This document shows positions 21,401 to 25,354 of a stretch of DNA of 47,274 nt, piece after piece; position 1 is the first letter of the stretch, and each line of letters opens with the position of its first letter. A program made the translations under genes and the position numbers. Where the stretch lies: assembly GCA_040754495.1 (NCBI GenBank), contig JBFMCO010000042.1, positions 1-47,274 of the forward strand, read 5' to 3'. Origin of the DNA: Candidatus Micrarchaeota archaeon (lineage in GTDB: Archaea; Micrarchaeota; Micrarchaeia; Anstonellales; Bilamarchaeaceae). The notes under the pieces were generated by a model, which ran no database searches, was not told the DNA's origin, and worked only from the letters and a program-made list of their open reading frames with translations.

Positions 21401-21909
21401 TCAAAATGATAACGCGCGAGATAAAGCGCGGCACCTATACGCCCGGGGACATCGCGGCGTTTTTCGAGGGGATAAGGGAGGGGGCCGCAGAGGTCGGGAG
21501 GATGGATGCCGACGCTCTGACCGCGGTTGCCGGAAGATACGCAGGCACCGTGCTGAGCAGGGACGCGCAGGGCACGGCCACTTTCACCGTGGACCAGGCC
21601 CTGATAGACGCGATGGGGGCAAGGATAAGGGGCATCCAGGGCGACCCGGTCGCAGCGCGCGTCCAGATGCTGGAGTACATCTTCGTCCCGCTCAGGGAGG
21701 CGCTCGGCCGCGGGAACGCAGAGGCGATTGCGGAGATAGTAGGGGTGCTGCGGACGGAAATCCATGACGTGCCCACCGACGTGCTCCAAAGATGGAAAAT
21801 CAACTTCCAGGGGCTCCTTCAGAGCGCAAGGACCGAAGAGATAAGGACCGGGCTGAGAGGCGTGCTGGGAGTCGTGGATGAAGAACTAGGAAGAAGGGGA
21901 CCCACCTGA
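3466..21909 (+). CDS. giant protein G1 (6147 aa): helical scaffold, hydrophobic translocation-like region, four kinase-fold domains
   Basis: Uninterrupted 18.4-kb ORF, collinear with G2. Kinase motifs: VAVK/HDFQF/DAG (12535-13059), VFVK/DRFARN/IDMD (14656-15200), LFAK/DRHEGN/IDSD (18292-18864), DSHAGN/IDFE (21253-21327). Hydrophobic segments at 9514-10020. Confidence 0.92.
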   Translation: MAQTQRGGAPGRRVETAEQEVLRELALPLPTVRAPPPDVLRPLQTAISAAEGRVNDLFRLGPEVDRRVGVSPDRERRREGEQERARAEERAAEVPRVKGYLDVIRGQQLGGLEQHAERIYQTVTEADRLIRAGRREEGLRLYETVRPQVGRLYQLLPIARDIATSGLPEEQQRTLIGGANAAMYFYSQGQAARGDIIMQNLETFSRHRDTLMRPEARLARMTIVATVENLSDRRRSITEENLGRAQRDATQMETTLTQAESERRELAAQAFAHQSESLYTFYGTASPEMRQRIDQAREYLDGLATRLRAGETVTDEELRRGAMLTQAMHLGIGVLDGIESTTEKRQVESVYLAAFDVLLTGGNIDTHSSIMLAAQDITGPRGNAALRRSLSTAATAYSTALRSPDATADRKQAAEGALIGVYARHVSGRLGTASSSLTGDMRTRADALAAPLTEHPETATLDQLRFARAGTEVLESRTRHFGRAFNPSAPVRTGADAIYGRALDSLQSGGSVDIAMAQSSLAERYVQTGDETRRTRLEGLSGRLAQNPRELSSVMFYIDADARSQEIRDALPSLPAAARAQGQRLLEGLDAMMATIASGQPLVDDGRVLQAKTEMLARMERDAGFSQQIEQTARVLMMQTPGMTRDQALTEIARAQATEAEMRRGEEMLTTLSTMTDLVRSARGNPARQAEIAEIFSVGVDALLARNTARAATIRQTAALYPRFATDADRRSVLAAVRGLRDGTVQEENFGAYMQVQSQRAEFESSITDPALKRNFRAYMDLAALAALRGDRLERESVLDLAVMYARWASVPANQGGVALMEARSRGMEFVQQRLGDYRRNPDILAGRRLIDAGQARSWTPRAGTITAENAPLTAAILGEGSISEAVGGGDRVAGVSALTALRRDTYTHLAASEDADWERSLARLEGRTPAEQSAVERRWTREAARLRREAASARARGQEALAVHYERQAELVDPQFMHEAFTVARSAYAEYRTEERAAIAFSDEADRARDADITNVTTLATRTREMIGEMPEAQRAEYEARLRQAGTDQAALRTLYLDVMRVRSEQLINGLPEGLQATARQRLRDAGSDEAGMRNVYVSLLRTHAGMHAARGEELRTAAMRIRDDMASLDRGVRLTTVHRTSGRFQLAVSIRTSMAVAGGYDCDFLGRPIEREETTPGGETRRVRVPLTRPRAAQLTAQASAASRVGRGAVDFQVAIERRRDRANAVERAQLTQDIGRFKTLLTTMIDSLPEGNRQQYRDLMTQAGDDPAMLQEIFRRLGNEGVRTQDDQGHEYADIEDRAGDARRAIGLRYAERFGAADALSSSSRSDFRGGVLQARNWLSDQAVARLYNSSTGTQIIGVGTLDLSYTSAETGQPVTVQVTNITPSSELIDNMIQKLPPSSEREALRQRLLAMPAGPAGNDQRQALFSSLLDREVYDPRRAPGTGVTFRAVIERGDSFYYHASEYDQQIAEARALGRSGRGSEAQAALDRIEGDMGRSEIASRSDARELGARHTAWETRRREEGLRGRYTEGLPNQEEHPRSYGEAQDRNDAVTGDHVRLRDGSRTSLLGLYEGSMERGAADMDRLADRHGGVRDTILAGGQMLQPTVEVAVALAAALADSPRDHTLANGRTYAQMLNDLTLPGSPQEQAQRAAALYQAIMDNPQDFAAAARIIREGHDDRGYTYVSGLSSDLVTQLDVTADEMATYGRQRERERTWAFADTHLRRGQSEHRLGDSSHRYRRATSERHREDEARLGWAPHYQTAETHWENAAREYEMAATMLLEGNDTRFTDIVVRNEPVTAPMFEFRGRAAREWHYDGPAYVTVYSENRGTFGTLGRLQPRVLNIPEEMYSLTRREAREMASYTDDDIRGEARQKYDQMGISRVRLELATYGIGTRWHEEEGGGYWGLYRTNMTPEAQRLANEAFQHGEALWDQVSGRIFAHSSDWGDDYVMGFLNRTADRFASDLSAMAAAEGENLAGAREDLRLSVPFEVRSGRLYDPDTITRSNLSDMQYWQGVQETVEIGGRIIVGGLSIALAPVTGGASLVGVVLLGAEQVGQGFEMRAQEGRWTGRAVFTVVMGGVSMVLPFTVYLAEASQVAQAVNLVARGATEAEIALAGATMTSRLVQAGGLLYMGVGMGDYLINQLPGEIDAVQRGDRLWWQAAAGGLFQTIQLAQVGISTYRGAQVQRQGGIPVYRSWGRQVFEALTMGEAFYTREQMSAARAYRTMTTELGALPAPARASYEAYRTALGERGIQLPPADQARLLTGYREAVGRDSTMTFERYVQTPEYRAGVHEQAYNAFGEGRVGAHQLNDEEFTYMWERSHGSRDSAQAEANVATVRGNERMQAGEAALRDVFQGNRTRASLDPHERAYVESRLQGRPPTEALAAADAAAPPTRAGDMRARGEEAARTREFTQAKDLYEGEMIPIIPGGAEETTYSHPSEPGVQYPRDQMQAARDIAATAEFMIRNGNRLPPGIAADSPVAARARELAGTPESPTAFRQFAERPAEQGGPNRGAQMRLALEQSDRMPQFAENAVDHGIASTMEGAASARDLNQAESGSATVRALSLGEGYGEFTRGTLTEQRARELGIGPDEMALFQRMRGENASPRQAGAEFARRAAAETSERALGDAVHTEFNQRAGTLAEPARGAAAVRAERLTEAYHDYNEINLSNLGAPERAARINEVRTRLGLSDAEHGFLTARLGLERAEVGQDIARAALGEIPLERPAAAPRGEEGRTGPRPEEAPPVSRTAAMEAEVGNIRGSEALEAGLRGASAEVVRIARVLEAMAPGDTVLSQQRLGELAAEHPEYASHIEAYNNARPEERPFLARRYAEEIAFGRSSRAFESVAGQRVTGRQASVEIVEDARLFHRALNGRDMTPAEMSRITTEHFDRFERLRRAGMGEADAILQVGREMRTERLMSERGMNRDQATRFVNDEAARPHDVPLRPEEGLGEQDFRAMPSEYNTRTITLPDGSTTTLADAQRARLIRRIDNTEDSVGSTAGVWVAEIMVNGQPRTVAVKVFKDPYVPGGQQRTAQHWENLFEFVTGHPARAGEHAEMGEAGNLSAISGMTFRSGDGRELPVGPGFYGFVNVDGNIAVAMDLLPGMYIGDMSPTQIREFVRPDTYAQIQRIGETLQANGYGMHDFQFIVMFPPESAIPTGLTGAARRQFIENWRTTINGREVRAGDVVLMDAGGLYRAADEPMSTFSPIREAERARSTADQVLVNDALARTTATAADANAPGRAQAQADLQVMEGFMREVEPMVNARDPMAEVTRRYMIKSDRADAAAARLEQIRASDPARAEAIEGAFRRFEREAGLPEGSMLPMRAEEAATVPRRAAVGAEETTVIEPTRPSRAPTPPPGEGTVPGRGRRGPPPTEERTTAPTRRQPPPEERTGTPTRREQPPGEGTRPERRGAPGERPAEGPPAAEVTAAPRSLLDDIRGGAGLRDAIDNLFGVDSNLARRLERRLEVLEQDPMFAERFRVATPEERAIIVESLASGMSPAEAFRRMAAEGAPRTAAEFTAYADRLAGMSEPERLLRIQDIANSDPRLGEALLRMNRETNPARRARLATEWEGAVHERARVQEAQEARAARTADDLRTQELDMVTRAAQARGLDTSIMTELYSNGGTEGRMAVLEGLGVDMSRFNAERTRIEAMPPGDARNTAQQRLDTMVHGFFELMTRGGLEGHIAAMPGYEGATVTGVEFRGGMRGVYEVTLSNGRRVFVKSEDVAPARLGRDLAVAEGMWTSRIHEGYSYDTGLTYRDGTPVRQEFGILEDIHDVRGTQITIRLPDGSTEQVRVVGVSMLRDEVLNVPQPPPPDASPEVVRAYEQRLAAFLADPVVQEFYRLSGSEGGRDSIFQAWRAYQEMSRRAVLGDRFARNTAAVIVERADGSRVLTFQPIDMDAVGWRVGSRPDGTPGFTGLRTDFAEANVDFLTKFSSATAAASGHGLIGGRVDGGTLLGNMYSPTAERGAAIPPDSPATRQRVGEILDGHDGRYFGAGFDTTSPDMPAVGEFISHGGSDRPIGRSDGRVVLHADDMRGVTDAAATPAERQAFDQAVRDELTRRFGGGGRPPGGGGGEPPPGPRTTPERRGGRPPGEGQPPGERTTPGRRGAAQQEQRAEERTMTVRDSDIVEERTATGARRGRAAEERTIPVTTDMIVEERTVPRAPPVEERTTPQRGGAEQPQEATVPRPAEAQPAVAPAPVTRMSPVDLVQPDNLGAFAGRLNAGDATAAADLAAMPPQVREQVGIFQERYAAAAGNAQEQTRIATEYAGRILASSLASSPETLWRFASNFRFGLESSQVTPQARAMLDSLPPAVRDLVIEFGGRLYREWSHRDALAPGYADRMTRAVDAAAVADMYALHTQGRPPANPADRAAMEFITAGGTRTIDPSTPAGAREIDAAVQFRRSASRLVERDGAAALESARTLGESVRTGARPADFQGALAYDAVQDLARASAQQAGRAVPGAQDYFNAAATFRLFEQGGLPDTATVRTPHFSGGNEALEQHGTAYIDWGGLQVEVHIFRDRVNVFSVEPAAIGEMGWPTSGMREALARYAQRRLRGPLERAFRGTMRQIPRETGGGYDVWRPVMDSIQATTLDLTQGRLATAPPAVARYTPEEIVRVHRTADVAARGEAAAAFLEMSPQDQQRTLGLLRERARPLEERAAALEAEARRLEAQVMPEYNSILERKAAAEAEATNYQEQVRALDPQIRAAEQRGDMAEVSRLRAERGRLDGLADERSTAARMLEGEAGRLMRRANDLREQAGELRAMAGYWNEQGMYFRELAGLGGEIGTYLSQRYGVPREELARAYSAQPTTAEARRALYDALGIRLGELPDAAVRSDAYRSFTSLADDPYIAGMILTGDLLRNVEGIVRPDIDPTSLQPGDRVVVRGIDFQNGLVGAYRLTIEVVDSQGRPRTFRDVSGRERTSMTLFAKRQGLSPDATGSEGGRLTGAPSPDILTRGADGRALVYVSPEGQRIEYGLMRDIRDFHGQIDAGRALTDSQGRPARVDVSVDAAEDLYSIVFSSGNPRTTEARDQLFGEFRDHPEQFLEALGYAQTGFTAAGFYDRHEGNVWAMWLRIRNQPAAEAAHIAHQLESQGYRVRDNGDGTWSFLRFGAIDSDTFGQYRAFSMPDGQISLAPMRDQLVTDLHRVFVHLTYEMNQAEIARAHAEGRPPRLRTVEEVTTMAFGENMDGPWMRGMRRWVSEFAPDTPAGARFRADMHSLFDGYNGQRSGMGFAMEGAQLGRFEAQGYEEIPSALNGMPTTHLDGIDGRTSFMANGRMATNPSISEAASPRVRAALPDGQDRYLVRIDDMGRSERRQFLSSLEASGVSTARLRTSAVGGREYIVFSDSAAIPQAMYGRTVAVRRDGDRVFVNNYGALLTAIPEGRAAYVVPLAGMGRVEARRLSSAPGARVLELSIGGEQRFVVFDSPQAVPERHRDSAMQVRRSGSTILGDARMRESMGIINTRDIGAAPMFDGMMNMGDAGWTGLWQGVRDGVLRAEAGARAAPDAGFLQRRVPNPGDTQALPPEYGGPGRTIPVSESDLIPQGSPPRPPPQPPAGGGGTRRGVAPPAEEGQPQPARRQPPPPPQPSEGRGTVRMAPLPPADQMAMPGPAQVPREGGTPGERADAAQMAGRLIAGDPNARTQFTGSSQGMQDAVGFELAQQLNLTRPGDIANFARDVALYELHRTGERPITDPAVLARVERNASLHALLPERVRTAVSGLAGNSAFILSARGTDRAFERYVGNRRLGGALVGGAQREIAGAVNAHFAAGQGAGPRIQIPQQELARISADLDAAVRTGQPTGSVVAITAFAEQGVYRVIIERADGTRTPFIYRERPFRQEAFGSELYAAAGQQAPHFIRLGEGPDARALQEVVGEMDFRTALAQGNLTEAERQSLFREAGRLGMIDYALGLPDSHAGNYVVVRGEGGTLSLMRIDFENAGIGWGRGIRPDGSVGNRDHVIFFKMITREIKRGTYTPGDIAAFFEGIREGAAEVGRMDADALTAVAGRYAGTVLSRDAQGTATFTVDQALIDAMGARIRGIQGDPVAARVQMLEYIFVPLREALGRGNAEAIAEIVGVLRTEIHDVPTDVLQRWKINFQGLLQSARTEEIRTGLRGVLGVVDEELGRRGPT
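12233..13465 (+). repeat. ~1.2-kb intergene duplication (kinase-1 module), second copy at 38374-39595
   Basis: Protein about 80% identical by eye, including a 53-aa identical run. Identical DNA tracts 12976-13031 = 39117-39172 (56 bp) and 13048-13121 = 39189-39262 (74 bp). Confidence 0.95.
13465..13790 (+). repeat. Pro/Arg/Thr-rich low-complexity linker with PPGEG and EERT repeats (within G1)
   Basis: Translation shows PPPGEGT, TEERTT, PEERTG and QPPGEGT. Confidence 0.75.
15690..16110 (+). repeat. Gly/Pro-rich linker with five EERT-x repeats (within G1)
   Basis: Translation shows AEERTM, VEERTA, AEERTI, VEERTV, VEERTT, plus GERTT and PPGEG. Confidence 0.8.
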
Positions 21910-23205
21910 CCAGGAGTTCTCGTCGCCTGCGCTGATGACGTCGGAGTCGCCCATCACGACCCGGACGTGGTCCGCATCCTTGTTCTTGGAGGCGAGCCGC
22001 AGGGCGCTCCTGATCGCGTCCTCGAACTTCTTCCAGTCCACTTTCGAATCGGTGTATGTATTCACTACCACTTCTTCCACCGCGATGCGCCTTTCCTTGT
22101 CGATGAGGATGGCGACCATCGAGTTGCCGTCCCTCCTGATTCCGAAAACGTAGTCCGCCCAGCTTATGCGGTCACTCTCGCCGGTGAGGATGAAGTGGGG
22201 GTCTATGTGCCTCGCTGAATACGATTTGGTGGGGACGACGAAATAGGCATAATCCGCCGCCTCCTCCACCACGCCTTCGGCCGGGATGTCGAGGAGCTTC
22301 GATATCGCCGGGGGTATGCTTGAGAGCCTCTGCGGAAGCTTGTCGCTACTGACACGCTTTACGTCGTCCGGCATGCTGATACTAGCGCCCTGCGGCTTTA
22401 AATCCTTTTCATCGCAGCCGTAGTAGCGGCAGGCGGATGAAACGGTGTCGCTGAGAAGGTCCTTCGAGTTCCGCAGCTCTATGACTGCCATTCCCCCATA
22501 GCCAATGACATCGAGCGAGACTGCGAAGCGCTCCCAGTCCACCATCCCCGAGCCGATGGGGATGTGCTTGACTGACCTGCCATCCGCCACCGCGCGGTCG
22601 GAAAGATGCAGGTGCTTCAGCCTCGGGAGGGCCGCCTCCATGTGCCCCACCACGAGCCCGGTGTATGTCCCGCCCTGCATTCCCGGCAGGATGGCCGGAT
22701 GGGTGGTGTCGATGCAGAAGCCGAGGTTGGGCGGCGAGTCCTCTATCAGGCTCCTGAACGCTTTAATCGTCTCGGGCGAGTGCAGGACGGACGATTCGCT
22801 CGTCATGTTCTCCACTGCAAGGACGAGGCCGGGCGGTATCCTCTCGGCAATCCGCCGCAGCGTGTCCGCAAGGGCCGCCATCTGCCCGTTGCCGGGGTGG
22901 ATGACGGCAACCTTCGGCTCGAGTATATCGTGGACATCGCGGCAGAAATTCGCCACCCGGGAGACGGTTACCTTGTCGGCGGTCGTCAGATTGAAGCCGC
23001 GGAGATGGACCGAGTAGGTGCTGATGCCGGCCTCGAGCAGCATGAGGCGCGAGGAGGCGAGCCTTGCGCGCTCGTCGCGGTCAAGGACCTGCTTAAGGCC
23101 GTAAAGGTCCAGCTCTACTGCGGAGAAAAACCTGCCAAATTCCTTGATGCGCGAGGTTTCGGTGAACTTGATGCTGGGAATGAGCAGTTTTCGGGGTTCG
23201 TGCAT
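21886..23205 (-). CDS. sugar-phosphate isomerase/AP endonuclease 2 (EndoIV-like) TIM-barrel protein fused to a C-terminal family-X domain
   Basis: Metal-ligand motifs SVH, IHPG, AVEN, IDTTH, HLHLSD, KHIPIGSG and VIE are present. The track ORF starts at 23319, but ATG 23205 (MHEPRK) lies ~25 nt below TATA 23229-23238. The last ~160 aa match family X. Confidence 0.85.
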   Translation of the reverse strand: MHEPRKLLIPSIKFTETSRIKEFGRFFSAVELDLYGLKQVLDRDERARLASSRLMLLEAGISTYSVHLRGFNLTTADKVTVSRVANFCRDVHDILEPKVAVIHPGNGQMAALADTLRRIAERIPPGLVLAVENMTSESSVLHSPETIKAFRSLIEDSPPNLGFCIDTTHPAILPGMQGGTYTGLVVGHMEAALPRLKHLHLSDRAVADGRSVKHIPIGSGMVDWERFAVSLDVIGYGGMAVIELRNSKDLLSDTVSSACRYYGCDEKDLKPQGASISMPDDVKRVSSDKLPQRLSSIPPAISKLLDIPAEGVVEEAADYAYFVVPTKSYSARHIDPHFILTGESDRISWADYVFGIRRDGNSMVAILIDKERRIAVEEVVVNTYTDSKVDWKKFEDAIRSALRLASKNKDADHVRVVMGDSDVISAGDENSWSGGSPSS

Positions 23206-23228
23206 ATCCTTGTTTATGGCAGGAAGCG

Positions 23229-23238
23229 TATATAAATA
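23229..23238 (-). promoter_or_regulatory. TATA-like box for the TIM-barrel gene
   Basis: tatttatata on the minus strand with an A-rich upstream stretch, ~25 nt before ATG 23205. Confidence 0.5.
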
Positions 23239-23272
23239 GTGTGGTTTTTTGTTAAAAAAATTGTAAGTATGT

Positions 23273-23878
23273 TCAGACCGGCTTCCCCGGGGACCACGCC
23301 GTGATCCCTTCGAGGCCAACAGGAGCCTTCGGCTCTGCCATCCTCATCGTCCTGAGGCTGCTGTCATAGACCGCGACGAGCCCCTCCTTCTTCGCGTCCT
23401 CCTGCCCGGCGCGGGCGAGAGCAGACTTGAGCTCCGACTTGACCTCGGCCCAGTCGAGCGAGGCCTCGGCCTGGATTGACATCAGCCTTTTCTTCACTAT
23501 GACGCGGCGCTTCATGTCAGCGATGACGATGTAAGTGTTGTTGGCGGTCTCCATCAGCGCGATGCCGAACGCTTCCGTGTTCCGGGGGAGCGGGGCGTTG
23601 TGCACCAGGCTCAAAACGATACTGCTGATTGAAAAATCGGCGTCACTCGAATAATATTGCGCGGCCCCCCCGCTGCTCACAAGCATCATGGGGGGGATGC
23701 CAAGCAGGCGCTCGAGCTCGGCGTCCCAGTTCTTTCCGAGGGCAGACAGGCGCCTTACCAGCTCGGATGAAGTGACGTGCCCGGTCTGCCTGGATTGGAC
23801 GAGCGGCTCGGCCGCCTTATCGAAAGGCCTTTTCGGCCCGTCCGCCTCCTTCTTCCGCTTCGAGCGCTCCCCTGCCAT
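23273..23878 (-). CDS. family-X hypothetical protein (copy X2)
   Basis: 201 aa. Aligns over its whole length with 46721->47272 (LG[KR]NWD.E.E.LL..PP, YYS.D..F.I, [FY]GIA, AD..R..IV, DW..[VF]K..LK.A, VAV[YH]D..LR). Confidence 0.85.
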   Translation of the reverse strand: MAGERSKRKKEADGPKRPFDKAAEPLVQSRQTGHVTSSELVRRLSALGKNWDAELERLLGIPPMMLVSSGGAAQYYSSDADFSISSIVLSLVHNAPLPRNTEAFGIALMETANNTYIVIADMKRRVIVKKRLMSIQAEASLDWAEVKSELKSALARAGQEDAKKEGLVAVYDSSLRTMRMAEPKAPVGLEGITAWSPGKPV

Positions 23879-23887
23879 AAGACGTCC

Positions 23888-24502
23888 CTATATTGTGCTT
23901 ATCGAGCTCTCCTTGCTGATGATGAAATCGAACTTTTCGCCGGTAGCCTCGCGCCTGCGGACGGCCTGGAGCGCGGCCCGGACGGAATCGCCGAACATGT
24001 TCCAGGAGTCGCCCTCGGCGAACGCGTTGCCTACGCTGTCATGGACTATGATTTTCCTCCTGCGGTCCAAGAGCGTGCAGAATGTGCTGCTGCCCCGCGA
24101 ACTGATGTAGATGCCGTAATCAGGCAGGAGCATAGGCATCGAAGAGTTGAACGTGAGATACGCGACGACCTTTCCTATCCCGTTCGATGGGTCGGATGAA
24201 ATCGATGGCCCAGGACCGACCGAATAGAGCCTCTCGGGAAGCTCGAGGAGAGATACGACATCCTCTGGGATGCGCCCGACGGTTTCCAGCAGGGCAACCG
24301 CGCCTTCCCTGTCCATGCCCGCAGGAGCACGCTCAGCCATAACACCACCTCTCTGGAATCGCCTCTGTGCGGCGTCCCGTCCGGCCGGGAAGGGTATGAC
24401 CACACCGGTTCTTCCTGCCATGACCTTATTAGGAGCTCCGAACGTCTTTAAAAGAGGACTGTCGCCTCTGCCGCCGTCTGTGCCGTTCCCATGAAAAACC
24501 AT
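23888..24502 (-). CDS. family-X hypothetical protein (copy X3)
   Basis: Contains YGIYI...LLDRRRKIIV...SWNMFGDSVRAAL. Start is either ATG 24502 (TATA-like box ~25 nt upstream) or ATG 24340 (SD-like gaggtg, 150 aa). Confidence 0.8.
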   Translation of the reverse strand: MVFHGNGTDGGRGDSPLLKTFGAPNKVMAGRTGVVIPFPAGRDAAQRRFQRGGVMAERAPAGMDREGAVALLETVGRIPEDVVSLLELPERLYSVGPGPSISSDPSNGIGKVVAYLTFNSSMPMLLPDYGIYISSRGSSTFCTLLDRRRKIIVHDSVGNAFAEGDSWNMFGDSVRAALQAVRRREATGEKFDFIISKESSISTI

Positions 24503-24676
24503 GACAAACCTTTATTTGCAACAATTTATAATGGCTATGCGCGCGCATTGCGTGAAAAAGCCACCACCGGAGTGCAGGAACAGTCACATTCTTGGGAAGA
24601 TTTATATATTTTATGGAGCTAAGATATTCTGGTTCATGCTCGTTTTGAAGTGCATGGGAGGATAACTGGTCGCCTT

Positions 24677-24698
24677 GCCAGCGGGTCAACCCGCTGGC
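24677..24698. other. perfect 9-bp GC-rich hairpin in an AT-rich intergenic region
   Basis: gccagcggg-tcaa-cccgctggc. Function (operator or terminator) cannot be determined from sequence. Confidence 0.4.
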
Positions 24699-24882
24699 CT
24701 ATTTCTATTCAAGAATCTTTCCTCCAGTGGAACCCCGGTTAAAGATTCATCAAACTTCAGCCGTATAGACTTAGCACTATCGTATTATACGCCTTTCACT
24801 TGGCAGAAGACGAAATAAAGCTCCGATTTGACTGCGGGGCACCCGGCCACACTTCTATAAATTTTATTGCAGTGTCTCTGAT

Positions 24883-25350
24883 ATGGACGGATATGAGGCC
24901 AAGATGGTCAGGTTCATTGCCGACAACCGGATAAAGGCCGAGCACCTTGTTTTCGAGACTTCCTGCCACAGTGTGGAAGAAGCGGCCGATTCAGCGAATG
25001 CGAAGCCACAGGACTTTGTAAAGAATGTGTGCATAATTGACGAAACGACGGATGAATTGGTCGTCGCGATAGTCCCAGGCCACAAGCGACTCGACACGAA
25101 GAAGCTCACGCCATTAATCGGCACGAGGAGATTCAGATTTGCAACGGCGCAGGAGATACTTGAAAAGACGGGCTACCCGATGGGAGGGACCCCCTCTTTT
25201 GGATACAAAGCGCGATTTTTCATCGATAGCGAAGTGCTTGCAAAGGACGTTGTTTACAGTGGCGGCGGGTCGCAAAACTCGCTTACAAAAATCTCGCCTT
25301 CGGAGATGCTCCGCATAAACAATGCGACAAAAGCGGATTTGACGAAGTGA
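24883..25350 (+). CDS. ybaK: YbaK/EbsC (aminoacyl-tRNA deacylase/editing) family protein
   Basis: FVKNV catalytic-Lys motif, VAIVPG..RLD.KKL, TGYPMGGTPSFG and YSGGG. TATA-like ctataaatttta ~22 nt upstream. The symbol is family-level only. Confidence 0.88.
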   Translation: MDGYEAKMVRFIADNRIKAEHLVFETSCHSVEEAADSANAKPQDFVKNVCIIDETTDELVVAIVPGHKRLDTKKLTPLIGTRRFRFATAQEILEKTGYPMGGTPSFGYKARFFIDSEVLAKDVVYSGGGSQNSLTKISPSEMLRINNATKADLTK

Positions 25351-25354
25351 ATAA

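Noticed and set aside
3466-21909. Giants as canonical MARTX, RHS, RTX or CdiA toxins, or as intein-containing proteins
   Set aside because: I saw no GD-rich or RTX nonapeptide repeats, YD repeats, FHA repeats, cysteine-protease domain (G1 has one Cys), HExxH motif or Hint/intein termini. The resemblance is architectural only.
23206-23319. N-terminal 38-codon extension of the TIM-barrel ORF given by the ORF track
   Set aside because: It overlaps the 3' end of the X2 gene and spans the TATA-like box; ATG 23205 is the better start.
24429-24689. 86-aa minus-strand ORF in the intergenic region
   Set aside because: It overlaps the X3 start and promoter, has atypical composition and shows no similarity to anything in the window.
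24723-24732. tccagtggaa, resembling the archaeal ORB core, in an AT-rich intergenic region
   Set aside because: Single copy, no G-string, no inverted partner and no adjacent cdc6/orc1; compatible with chance.
24503-24882. tRNA or other known ncRNA in the AT-rich intergenic region
   Set aside because: No cloverleaf or T-loop consensus; only one isolated hairpin.
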